29,987 nucleotides of DNA, taken from the IMG/VR virus record IMGVR_UViG_3300037045_000291, positions 1 to 29,987 of that record; one strand, given 5' to 3'. Position numbers and translations under genes: made by a program. The number at the start of each line of letters is the position of its first letter. The stretch's first letter is position 1. Of the stretch, positions 17,601 through 26,240 are shown piece by piece. The notes under the pieces are model-generated. The model made no database searches. It worked only from the letters and a program-made list of their open reading frames with translations, and was not told where the DNA came from. The DNA comes from a virus. Lineage: Duplodnaviria; Caudoviricetes.

Positions 17601-18537
17601 AGGAAACATCGCTACCGGATTAGGTGCGGGTGCTGCAATTGGTGCTGCTGTAGGTTCTTTCATTCCTGTAATTGGTAACTTGCTCGGAGCTGCTATTGGT
17701 GCTGTTATCGGTGGAATTGCAGGAGCTGTAACCACCAAAACAGTTCCGGTATTTGAGTCGCTGGCAAAAACCTACGGTGAGATTTTCGATAAAGATACTT
17801 TTGAGCTTAACCCTCAGATATTGGCCGATTACGACAAGCTGGATGAAGCCACCAAATCCATTGTTGATAATTGGCAGGAGATAGCCGACAAAGCAAGGGA
17901 AGCACAGGAGCAAATGCGGCAAACCTTCTCTGATCTGGCAGGAGAAATTGGCTCAATGCTGTCCGATGAATTGGTAAATGCCTTTAGAAATGGTGATGTC
18001 TTTGGAGCTGTTGATTCATTCAAAGGTAAGGTAACAACAGTAATAGAGGATATTCTATCTCAACTCATCTTTGCTCAGTACTTCGAGGGTCTGTTCAATA
18101 ATCTCGAAAAGGAGATGATGGACAGTTTCGGTTATGAAGGAGACCAAAGTATAGTAGATGATATTATCCGCTTTACAGAAGGGTATAATAGTGCATTAGG
18201 TGAGTATAGTCAAGCGATGACCACGGTTCAGGAAGAACTGGCCAAACAGGGTTTTGATATATTCTCCAACTCACGAACGGCAGCAAGTAAAGGATTTCAG
18301 TCCATGTCACAGGATTCTGCCAATGAGCTTAATGGTAGGTTTACAGCTATTCAGGCACATACTTACCAAATCTCTGAAAGCATCAAAAGCCTGCTCATAA
18401 ACAGTGCTCAATCACTAAAATACTTGTCAGGAATAGAAAATCATACCTCAAGACTGGAAAGTATAGAAAATTTTCTAAGAAGCTTAAAGTCGGGCATTGA
18501 TGACATAAACATTAAGGGGGTGTACATACGAGGATGA
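14680..18537 (+). CDS. Tape measure protein
   Basis: 1285-aa helical protein with a tape-measure N-domain (FAATTPFDLQGVASGAKQLLAYG…QFAGRGIPIY) and Gly/Ala hydrophobic segments. Confidence 0.95.
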   Translation: MINDSGKIWYSTGIDNSQLQRDAEKAKGLIGSIGQRAVDEGSRIDNTLSQLGKAFATVFTIQQAANFARELANVRGEFQQLEIAFTTMLKSKERADLLMREIVDFAATTPFDLQGVASGAKQLLAYGFTADSIRDNLTMLGNVAAGVGSQIGDIIYLYGTLNAQGKVMTKDLMQFAGRGIPIYKELAAVLQVTEKEVMDFASSGQLSFAHVEQAFKNMVSESGMFYNLMQEQSKSITGQLSNLGDSIDQMFNQIGQSSEGVISGAISGAAYLVENYQKVGEVIGSLVAVYGTYKAAIMVFNVVQSTSIALSRGWTVAELAKFKALVLVEGAQKLLNKTMLANPYIAATMAVVTLTTALTFYARSAKKAQSETQMLGDITKEAESNIKTEVSELESLRKILDDSTKGYSDRKKALDKIREIVPEYHASLSTEGALINNNSDALDGYVKKLKYTEQVRIAVAKQAEAQETLDSWKAKNRDVLAGAVAKKYGGRENEMFAGEKAAMDIYKRLSDEAHKYSLVIDKLQEEMLKVTPETSTSFTAPEKDDKKTDKLLNQIRNEKIEIERAKEDLYFNRVEAELELLEEGSAKELAQLELNFRRKITEINRQEDELLQVLRNHAKKEWEAKGGQGTFNENSITLPKEQADEFERLRDAESKSYEIAQGDVYKKLLIKYQTYAEQRKSIEEKFQKDIAELTTKFGADSSAVKVATEQMKQALDELSKDVLQDSGSGLLDLYLFGDGTDFITSKIKEALPLFEDITKLSYNELSKVKEIIGKVTFTDKQLALFKEAGIDIEKLKTALDEAKESADEMLDVKAWEKVDEMAKKLSDSLGELGDSLSTFSGVMGEIGKAISGISGSLDDVLTSFDKNATSMDIVSAGISGLSTLLSMIGNQIEQNRQAQEEWNLKILEAAHNISMARIEMEAYKESNIFGVENPYAKAIAGARQYSAAIFELKSTANTLSQGKVQTGTKQQLDAGNIATGLGAGAAIGAAVGSFIPVIGNLLGAAIGAVIGGIAGAVTTKTVPVFESLAKTYGEIFDKDTFELNPQILADYDKLDEATKSIVDNWQEIADKAREAQEQMRQTFSDLAGEIGSMLSDELVNAFRNGDVFGAVDSFKGKVTTVIEDILSQLIFAQYFEGLFNNLEKEMMDSFGYEGDQSIVDDIIRFTEGYNSALGEYSQAMTTVQEELAKQGFDIFSNSRTAASKGFQSMSQDSANELNGRFTAIQAHTYQISESIKSLLINSAQSLKYLSGIENHTSRLESIENFLRSLKSGIDDINIKGVYIRG

Positions 18538-19337
18538 ACGGAGAATTTATAGTAAATGGGATTAGTTCTACTAGCATGGGTGTTTATCTATTGGAAAACA
18601 GCTATGCTTCGCTACTTTCATATCCACCATTAAAGGAACCGCTTCAAAATAGCTGGGCGGAAGAAGATGGTATGGAGGTGGACTTGTCAACTCCCAGACT
18701 GGATGCAATTGTTAGAAAGTTGAATTTTTTCTCATCTTTCGGCAATGCTGATGAATTTTTAAACTCTCTTTTATCAACCTCACAATCCACATTTTACTTT
18801 CCGGATTTAGGACTAAACGTAACACTTCGATACATGGACTGTCAATCATTCGAGTGTCGGTCCGGTGCTGAATTTTCGCTTACCTTTTCAGAAGATGTGC
18901 CGCTTGATGGATACGAATATACTCCACCTTACTGGTTAATGGTAGGTAGTCAAAGCGTGTCTATCGATGGAGTTGATATTAGCGCCTATGGAATACAGTT
19001 ATTAGAAAATTCTCTATCAAGTATCAGACGAGCTCCGGCAGCAAAAGATGTTACGACCATTAACTCACTTTACCTTCATGGAGTACAGTCAGACTATACT
19101 AAGCTTTACAGAAAAGCAAAGGAGGTAATCCTGAGTCTTTTTCTCCGGACAGAATACGCATATCAGTTTCTGACCAATTACTATGCTTTTCTGCATGATT
19201 TAATACTTCCAAAAGAAAGGGAACTGGGAATTGATGGGAGGACTTACAAATGCTATTACAAGCGCTCTGAAATAAAACACTTCACGCTGGAAAACGCTGT
19301 GTGGTGTGAGTTTGATGTTGTGTTTTGCTTTACATAG
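18534..19337 (+). CDS. Distal tail protein (Dit-like) with two related halves
   Basis: Follows the tape measure with an ATGA overlap; internal duplication (NGISSTSMGVYLLENS / DGVDISAYGIQLLENS). Confidence 0.65.
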   Translation: MNGEFIVNGISSTSMGVYLLENSYASLLSYPPLKEPLQNSWAEEDGMEVDLSTPRLDAIVRKLNFFSSFGNADEFLNSLLSTSQSTFYFPDLGLNVTLRYMDCQSFECRSGAEFSLTFSEDVPLDGYEYTPPYWLMVGSQSVSIDGVDISAYGIQLLENSLSSIRRAPAAKDVTTINSLYLHGVQSDYTKLYRKAKEVILSLFLRTEYAYQFLTNYYAFLHDLILPKERELGIDGRTYKCYYKRSEIKHFTLENAVWCEFDVVFCFT

Positions 19338-19340
19338 GAT

Positions 19341-21779
19341 ATGAAATTATTTGACAAAGGTGGTGCTGAGATAGTTGATTTGATAGTTGGGGATGATAGC
19401 TACCGCAATCGAAGGGTGATGGGTGAAGATTCAATCACCCTGAAGGTACAACTGTTTGAACATGTGGAAATCCCTGTTGGTGCTTATTGTCAGCATCAGG
19501 GGGAAACTTATACCCTTTTACGACCTCAAAACATCAGGAAAAACCATACAAGAAGTTTTGAATACACGCTCATTTTTGAGGCTTTTTCTGCTAAACTCGG
19601 ACTTTATAAATTCAGGGATACAACATCTGGTAAACTCAAATTCTCTCTTACTGGAAAGCCGTCAGATTTCATAGCTATGTTACTGGAAAACCTCAATCAA
19701 CGTGAATCAGGCTGGATATTGGGGAGTTGTATTGAGGGAAACGAGAAAACCATCTCATTTAATCATAACTACTGTAATGAAGCTCTCAAATTCATTGCCG
19801 ATGCTTTTGAAACAGAGTTTGAAATATCCGGAAAAACTCTTTCTCTACGCAAGGTTGAATATGGCAAAGAGTCACCACTGGCTCTTTCCTACGGCAAAGG
19901 AAATGGCTTTCGCACCGGAGTAAGGCGTGAGAATTTCGAGAATTCTCATTCGGTTGATATTCTCTTTGTACAGGGTGGAACACGAAACATAGATGCAAGC
20001 AAGTACGGATCAACAGAGCTTTTACTTCCTAAAAACCAAACACTCACCTACGAAGGCAGAACATATCAAACCGATGATTCCGGATTGTTTGTTAGTCGTG
20101 CTGACAAGCCAGTTTCTTTTAATGTTGAAGATAGCCTGGATTGTTCTCACCTTTATCCATCCCGCATTGGTGAAGTTTCTTCAGTAACGGTTGTAAATGC
20201 TTCAAAAAACTTCTACGACTTTACCGATTCAACAATACCTGATGAGCTCAATTATAAGGATTGTCTGATTGCAGGGGAAAAGATGACAGTCATTTTTCAA
20301 ACCGGAATGCTTGCTGGCAAGGAGTTCGATTGTGATTATTCTCATACAGAAAGAAAGTTCCAGATTATTCCTCAGGAGATTGATGGACAGGTGATGCCCA
20401 ATGACATCTTTAAACCTGTAATGGGTGATAAGTATGCCATTTTTGGGATTTCACTTCCTGAAAGCTACATCTGTAACAATTCCGACCAGTCGGGTGCTTC
20501 GTGGGATATGTTCCGTGAAGCAGTCAGGTATTTATACCAGAATGAAGACCCACGGTTTTCTTTCACAGGAGAGCTTGACCCTATCTGGGCTAAAAAGAAA
20601 TGGTTGGAGATTGGCTCGAAAATCCGTTTAGGAGGATATGTGGCTTTTACCGATGAACAGTTTCAGGAGGAACCAGTGCTCATACGCATAGTAGGTATTA
20701 AGGATTATATCAACTCTCCCTATAGTCCTGAAATTGAACTATCCAATGTAACAGTTGGAGGTGGTTTCTCTAATACCATTAAAAAGCTGGAAACAACGGA
20801 AGTAGTTATCGAGGAAAGACATCAGGAGTCAATCCGTTATGCTAAAAGAGGTTTCAGGGAGGCGCAGGAAACAACCGACCTTCTCAAAGCTGCTTTTACC
20901 AACTTCAACGGTTCGATATCACCTGTAACCATCAGCACAATGCAGCTACTGGTTGGAGATGAAAGTCTTCAGTTCAGGTTCGTTGATTCAAACGATAATT
21001 CCATCGAGGTCAATCACACGGTTTCATTTAATCCGGAAACAAAAGTTCTAAGAGCTGAGTTCGGAGTTATCCAGCACATGACAATCGGAGTTGAACAAAT
21101 ATCCACTACACACAATCGAAAAGTTTGGTTTATCGAAGCTTATGAATCACCCTATTTGGATACAACGGATACGGCTTACTACTTATATGCCAAAGTGGAA
21201 CGTGATGGGAATACAGGTGTTTTTCTGCTTTCTCAGCATCCTGTAAAGATGGATGAAGTAACCGGATATTTGCACCTGTTGGTGGCTATTGTAAATTCAG
21301 AATACGAAGGGGACAGAAACATAGCACTGTTGTATGGCTTTTCAGAAATCCTGCCCGGAAGGATTACAACAAAAAAAATAGTTTCATCGGATGGAAAGAC
21401 CTATTTCGACCTTCAGAACAACCAGATTGGTGGAAACATCAAATTCATCTCTACCGGAGGAGAATACACAGATATCGATGAAAAGTTAACCGATGTCGAA
21501 AACAATATCACTTACAAAGTAGAAATTTATAGCACAAATGGAAATACATTTCGTAATGATTTAATTGATACTACACTTATCGCTATGGTTTACAGGGGAA
21601 AGGAGGAGATTACATCAATACTGCCAAATACAGCCTTTCGTTGGGTGCGTCAATCGGACAATCCGGATTCTGACACAGTTTGGAATCAAAGGTATTCAAC
21701 TTTTCATTCGCACGTACTCGTTATCAATAGTGAAGATGTTGATGGAAGGGCTGTATTTAATTGTCAGGTAAGCATTTAA
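19341..21779 (+). CDS. Tail hub / Tal-like minor tail protein
   Basis: 812 aa after the Dit-like gene; VMGEDSITL, LSYGKGNG, GGTRNI and SDGKTYFDL patterns typical of Bacteroidales phage tail proteins. Confidence 0.75.
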   Translation: MKLFDKGGAEIVDLIVGDDSYRNRRVMGEDSITLKVQLFEHVEIPVGAYCQHQGETYTLLRPQNIRKNHTRSFEYTLIFEAFSAKLGLYKFRDTTSGKLKFSLTGKPSDFIAMLLENLNQRESGWILGSCIEGNEKTISFNHNYCNEALKFIADAFETEFEISGKTLSLRKVEYGKESPLALSYGKGNGFRTGVRRENFENSHSVDILFVQGGTRNIDASKYGSTELLLPKNQTLTYEGRTYQTDDSGLFVSRADKPVSFNVEDSLDCSHLYPSRIGEVSSVTVVNASKNFYDFTDSTIPDELNYKDCLIAGEKMTVIFQTGMLAGKEFDCDYSHTERKFQIIPQEIDGQVMPNDIFKPVMGDKYAIFGISLPESYICNNSDQSGASWDMFREAVRYLYQNEDPRFSFTGELDPIWAKKKWLEIGSKIRLGGYVAFTDEQFQEEPVLIRIVGIKDYINSPYSPEIELSNVTVGGGFSNTIKKLETTEVVIEERHQESIRYAKRGFREAQETTDLLKAAFTNFNGSISPVTISTMQLLVGDESLQFRFVDSNDNSIEVNHTVSFNPETKVLRAEFGVIQHMTIGVEQISTTHNRKVWFIEAYESPYLDTTDTAYYLYAKVERDGNTGVFLLSQHPVKMDEVTGYLHLLVAIVNSEYEGDRNIALLYGFSEILPGRITTKKIVSSDGKTYFDLQNNQIGGNIKFISTGGEYTDIDEKLTDVENNITYKVEIYSTNGNTFRNDLIDTTLIAMVYRGKEEITSILPNTAFRWVRQSDNPDSDTVWNQRYSTFHSHVLVINSEDVDGRAVFNCQVSI

Positions 21780-21804
21780 AAATTTTCAATCATTAAATAA
21801 GAAT

Positions 21805-23211
21805 ATGGCAAAATTAGTTTCAACAGGACAAATAACCATCGTTGATAATAACGATGCAAGGCCGATAACGGCATTTATAACTGCAAGTCAGGGGACACAA
21901 CAGATTTACACAAAGGATGAAAGCACTGTTACTTCGGTTCCCAACTGGTCATCCACTCCCAACGTTTTAAGCGCAAAAGTTTACGTGGGTGGTACTTCTT
22001 CAGCAGTTGATGTAACCAATCAGGTGTCTAACAGGAAGTGGTCGAATGATTTAAATACCACTATTGGAAGTGGAACGACTCTTACTGTAAACACTAATAT
22101 GGACCCGGTATCAGCTCCATCGAAGGTGTACTATTTTGAAGCGGATTATACCGACCCGATTACTGGTTTGGTGTCTCACATTATAGCTCAAATCACTTTA
22201 ACAGTGGTTCGGACTGGTACAAACGCTGTGTACCTTTTACCCCGAGGGACAACGGCTATTCAACAAGCAGATGGAAGTACAAAAAATGTGGCTGTTGTGT
22301 GTGTTGACTTGGTTCGTGCGGCAGGTGTTGATACATCGGGTATAACCTACAAGTTCTTTGAATCCAACGGAACAGCTCAGGTTACTACAGCGATGAACAC
22401 GAAATACGGAATGAAAACAACCTCTACTTCAACTGCACCGTCAGGTTCAGCGTCGGATATCGGTGTCAACTTACCTGCTACAAATGCATGGTCAGCACAT
22501 AATACCTTAGTAGTTCATGAAAGTGCTGTTGCCGATATTGCCGTATTTCGAGCTGAAGCAAAGGATGCTGATGGCAATATATTTCAGGGCTATTTTACCA
22601 TTTATGATGTTTCTGATCCATATGAAGTTAAGCTAATATCTACAGCCGGCGAGAAACTTCAAAATGGAGTAGGAAGTACAAATATCTATCCATTGGTATG
22701 GAACGGAGCAAATCAATTGAGTCAGGCTGATACTGCTAACTGGTCCTTTTCATGGTTTTTCTATGATGGTGTTGCACCGGGTAATCGTGCTGGATTTATT
22801 GACACTACCAGAACAGCAGTTGCAGGTGGTCGAAGTATCACTTCAAATACAGCAGGTGCAGGAAGTGTAATTACCTATTCGGGAGCTGCTATCACTTTTG
22901 CTGCAGGTGATATGGTGAAAATCGTCAGGACTGATGGTACTGCAAAGTATTACGAAGTAGCAAGTGGTACAACTACCTCTAACCTTACTTTGCGTACAGC
23001 AACCGTTTCCACTTTCTTAAATAGTCCTTGGCCAACAAGTGCAATCACAGCCAATGAATTTGCAGGAGGGAAACTCTTTGTGTGTACAGGTACAGGTTCT
23101 ACGGCAGGAACAAGGACTTCAACTGGAACAGGCTCATCGAACTTTATAACCGTAACTGGAGATGAGATTGATGGCAAAGGAACAATCATTTGTGAAGCCA
23201 CACGACCATAA
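21805..23211 (+). CDS. Minor virion/baseplate protein, Thr/Ser/Gly-rich, probably Ig-like beta-sandwich domains
   Basis: 468 aa between hub and fibre; N-terminus paralogous to the next gene's. Confidence 0.65.
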   Translation: MAKLVSTGQITIVDNNDARPITAFITASQGTQQIYTKDESTVTSVPNWSSTPNVLSAKVYVGGTSSAVDVTNQVSNRKWSNDLNTTIGSGTTLTVNTNMDPVSAPSKVYYFEADYTDPITGLVSHIIAQITLTVVRTGTNAVYLLPRGTTAIQQADGSTKNVAVVCVDLVRAAGVDTSGITYKFFESNGTAQVTTAMNTKYGMKTTSTSTAPSGSASDIGVNLPATNAWSAHNTLVVHESAVADIAVFRAEAKDADGNIFQGYFTIYDVSDPYEVKLISTAGEKLQNGVGSTNIYPLVWNGANQLSQADTANWSFSWFFYDGVAPGNRAGFIDTTRTAVAGGRSITSNTAGAGSVITYSGAAITFAAGDMVKIVRTDGTAKYYEVASGTTTSNLTLRTATVSTFLNSPWPTSAITANEFAGGKLFVCTGTGSTAGTRTSTGTGSSNFITVTGDEIDGKGTIICEATRP

Positions 23212-23222
23212 ACAAACCAAAA

Positions 23223-23260
23223 GGGGGTTGATTTATTTCAATCCCCACTTTCCTTTTTTT
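23223..23260 (+). terminator. Intergenic hairpin / probable partial terminator
   Basis: GGGGGTTGA-TTTATT-TCAATCCCC followed by ACTTTCCTTTTTTT. Confidence 0.6.
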
Positions 23261-23268
23261 CTTTGATT

Positions 23269-26184
23269 ATGTCAAAAGTAGTAAGCACAAGTCAGATAAC
23301 TATCACAGATCAGAATGACTATATATTTACAGGCACTTTCGCACCTTCAAACCCAATTAAGGGATTGACTTTGTGGATTGATACTTCTGTAACCCCCAAT
23401 CAATTAAAGCGCTGGAATGGGAATGATTGGGAGATCGTAAATGATGTCAGAATTGGTGGGACTAACTTGCTCCCCAATTCAAGTTTTGAAGATAAGTTCA
23501 ATTTTTGGACTCTTCATGGAGCTGATGTTTCAAGATGCCTTACAAACGGTTATGACGGAGGATCTTGTCTCTACATTGCCGGCTCAGGTTATGTGAACGC
23601 TGGAATTCACATACCAAGCTTCATATGTGAATCATTGCAGGTTTACACCTTTAGTTGCATGGTTAAAATTGAAAAGGTTGGAAGTCGTGTAGTTTTGGGA
23701 TGGAAAGATAGTACAGTATCTGCAATTCAGCAGCAGTTAGCTTCTCTGCCCTTGAATGTTTGGAGAAAAGTTCAGATAACGTTTACGGGTGATGGTACTT
23801 CCTCTCCGATTTTTCTAATTTCCACAGGTTATAATTTATTTATCGACCATGTTAAGTTAGAAAAGGGAAATACTGCTACTGATTGGTCGCCTTCTCCTAA
23901 TGATACTGTTAAAATTGCAAGCAGGAATTTGCTATCGAATAGTGGAGTGCCTGTAACAAGCAATGCCTATTTTGTAAAAGAGTATCCGGTCACAACTTTA
24001 ACAACTAATACAAAATATACTTTAGTTGTTAAGGCTGTTGTTGCACCTGGTCAATCTATGGGTGTATACTGGAATGGTGGTTTTAATCTGGCAGTAATAC
24101 TTAGTCGGCAAGAAGGAGAAACTTTATACTATGCTCATATTACTAGCCCGGATTCTCTGACCAACAATTCGTTGTGGCTCTATAACATGCCAAACACCGG
24201 TGCACAGATGACACTCAAATTTGCATGTTTGTACGAGGGGCATATATCACCTCCGATTGATTGGTCTCCAGCTCCGGAAGATATGCTTATTCAACTGAAT
24301 GATATTTCTGATGATAACAAACTTACTCCTGACGAAAAGCAAAGGGCTTTGAAGGAATGGGAGTCAATTCAGAGTGAAGTTAGCCCTATCAGAACTCAGG
24401 CTGACATATTTAAGGTTAGTCGTACAATCTATGATGGAGTATATGCCACTTTGAATTCATACATAACACCGTTATTATCAAATCTCACTTTAACAAGTGA
24501 CATTATTGGTGCAACATTCAGATCTAGGTTTAATGATTATTACACAGCAAGGACAAATCTATTATTGGCCATCAGCAAACAACAGATGGATAATGTAGAC
24601 AACATCATTGTAGGAGGTGAAAATCTCTACAACGACACTAAAGAATTGTATGTTTGGTCTCCCGGTGGTTCAACTCCAACAATTGCAAGAAATACAATAA
24701 ACTCTCCAAATGGATTTGAATTTTTATCTTCAAATGGAGGAAATGGCGTGGATGTACGTGTATCAAATGTAATACATGGAAATGGTTTTCATGTTGTGTC
24801 ATTTTGGGCAAAAGTAACATCAGGAACTCATTCAATCAACATAGATTTGGCAGATAATTTTGCCGGATCATTCGTTTTGGATACTAGTTGGAAAAGAATT
24901 GAAGCTGTTGCAAATGTGCAGAACCACACTCAAGCAATCTACCATTTTGTGGATATTTCAACCAGTTCATACATGACTTGTTATATTAAGGATTTTCAAG
25001 TTCAAAGAGGTAACAAATCTACAGAGTTCAGGAAAACCACTGAATTGATCACTAAAGCTATTGAAGGAAGTACAGATATCAACGGCGGGTTGGTAGCAAC
25101 TCATTTATTGATGCTTAAAAACAGTGCAAATGCTATTACTAGTGGAGTTTCAGGACTAAGTAATGACAATGTAGGTTTTTGGTCGGGAGGAACATATAAC
25201 GATGCTTTAAATGGTTTTGCAAAATCAATAATCAGAAAAGATGGTAGTGGTCATTTTGCTGCTGGCAACTTCAACTGGGATACCATAGGGAATATTGCAC
25301 TGAAGGGATTCATCGATGCAGTTGGAGGACGAATTGGTGGATTGACAATCCAACATAACTCATTGTCAAGTAAAGGGATTCGCTTTTCGGACACCCCTGT
25401 TGAAGCACTCGAAAGCCTATTAACCCCATCAACTGCATCGTTTTATTATCAATCAAGTTGGAATATTGAACTGCAAAGTCAGACAGCATGTGCATATACT
25501 CAACAACTGTATTTGACATTTGAAGCAAGTATATCTTTTGTTGCCTCAACATATTCTGACGGGAATGATCAACGTTGGAGAGTTGAAGTCACCGGAAATG
25601 ATGGTTCAGTTGCTTATTTAGATTCAGGAATAGGAGTTTTGAACCAAAAACTATATACTGTTAGTCTGGGAGTTGGAAGCTATGTAGTACGTGTGTTTTC
25701 GATGAGCGTAGCCAATTTTCAACAAATCGTTACTAATGCAGCTATAATCTCAGGTTCTCCTTCAAGTAACATTATTCAGGCAACAGGATATGTGAGTCAA
25801 ACAAAAGTAGGTAACAATGGATTATATTCCTTTTGGAGTAATCAGCTTTATCTATACTTTTCAAGTCTTGGTGGATTTGAACTAAAAGGGCCTACTAATA
25901 TGCCAGGTGTTTTGGCAAGTGGAAGTATTTCCAGCTCAGGAGGACACACAAACTATTGGGGAGCAAAGAAAAATACATCCAATGCTAGCTATATAGCTAC
26001 TGGGATTTATGATGTTCCACACAATGCTGGTTCTGTTTATCAGGTAATGATTCAGCCAACAATAGATAATGTTAGGGCATCAGTAACTTCAAAAGGTCAT
26101 AATACATTCAGGGTGCAGACTCGAACTAACTCAGGTTCAGCTACGTTGGGAAGTTTTGATTACGTGATTTTTGGAAGTAATTAG
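23269..26184 (+). CDS. Tail fibre / receptor-binding protein with three carbohydrate-binding-module-like inserts
   Basis: ATG at 23269; modules bracketed by GGTNLL…KLEKGNTATDWSPSPND, ASRNLL…DWSPAPED and GGENLY…QRGNKSTEF; helical DDNKLTPDEK segment; last tail gene. Confidence 0.8.
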   Translation: MSKVVSTSQITITDQNDYIFTGTFAPSNPIKGLTLWIDTSVTPNQLKRWNGNDWEIVNDVRIGGTNLLPNSSFEDKFNFWTLHGADVSRCLTNGYDGGSCLYIAGSGYVNAGIHIPSFICESLQVYTFSCMVKIEKVGSRVVLGWKDSTVSAIQQQLASLPLNVWRKVQITFTGDGTSSPIFLISTGYNLFIDHVKLEKGNTATDWSPSPNDTVKIASRNLLSNSGVPVTSNAYFVKEYPVTTLTTNTKYTLVVKAVVAPGQSMGVYWNGGFNLAVILSRQEGETLYYAHITSPDSLTNNSLWLYNMPNTGAQMTLKFACLYEGHISPPIDWSPAPEDMLIQLNDISDDNKLTPDEKQRALKEWESIQSEVSPIRTQADIFKVSRTIYDGVYATLNSYITPLLSNLTLTSDIIGATFRSRFNDYYTARTNLLLAISKQQMDNVDNIIVGGENLYNDTKELYVWSPGGSTPTIARNTINSPNGFEFLSSNGGNGVDVRVSNVIHGNGFHVVSFWAKVTSGTHSINIDLADNFAGSFVLDTSWKRIEAVANVQNHTQAIYHFVDISTSSYMTCYIKDFQVQRGNKSTEFRKTTELITKAIEGSTDINGGLVATHLLMLKNSANAITSGVSGLSNDNVGFWSGGTYNDALNGFAKSIIRKDGSGHFAAGNFNWDTIGNIALKGFIDAVGGRIGGLTIQHNSLSSKGIRFSDTPVEALESLLTPSTASFYYQSSWNIELQSQTACAYTQQLYLTFEASISFVASTYSDGNDQRWRVEVTGNDGSVAYLDSGIGVLNQKLYTVSLGVGSYVVRVFSMSVANFQQIVTNAAIISGSPSSNIIQATGYVSQTKVGNNGLYSFWSNQLYLYFSSLGGFELKGPTNMPGVLASGSISSSGGHTNYWGAKKNTSNASYIATGIYDVPHNAGSVYQVMIQPTIDNVRASVTSKGHNTFRVQTRTNSGSATLGSFDYVIFGSN

Positions 26185-26240
26185 TTTTTATTTGAGAAAA
26201 TTGAATAACTTTACATGCCCAATCTTTTTTACTGATAATT

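Noticed and set aside
17590-17730. Gly/Ala-rich hydrophobic stretch in the tape measure resembling a bacteriocin or glycine zipper
   Set aside because: Membrane-interacting segments are ordinary in tape measure proteins, and it is in frame with the rest of the gene.
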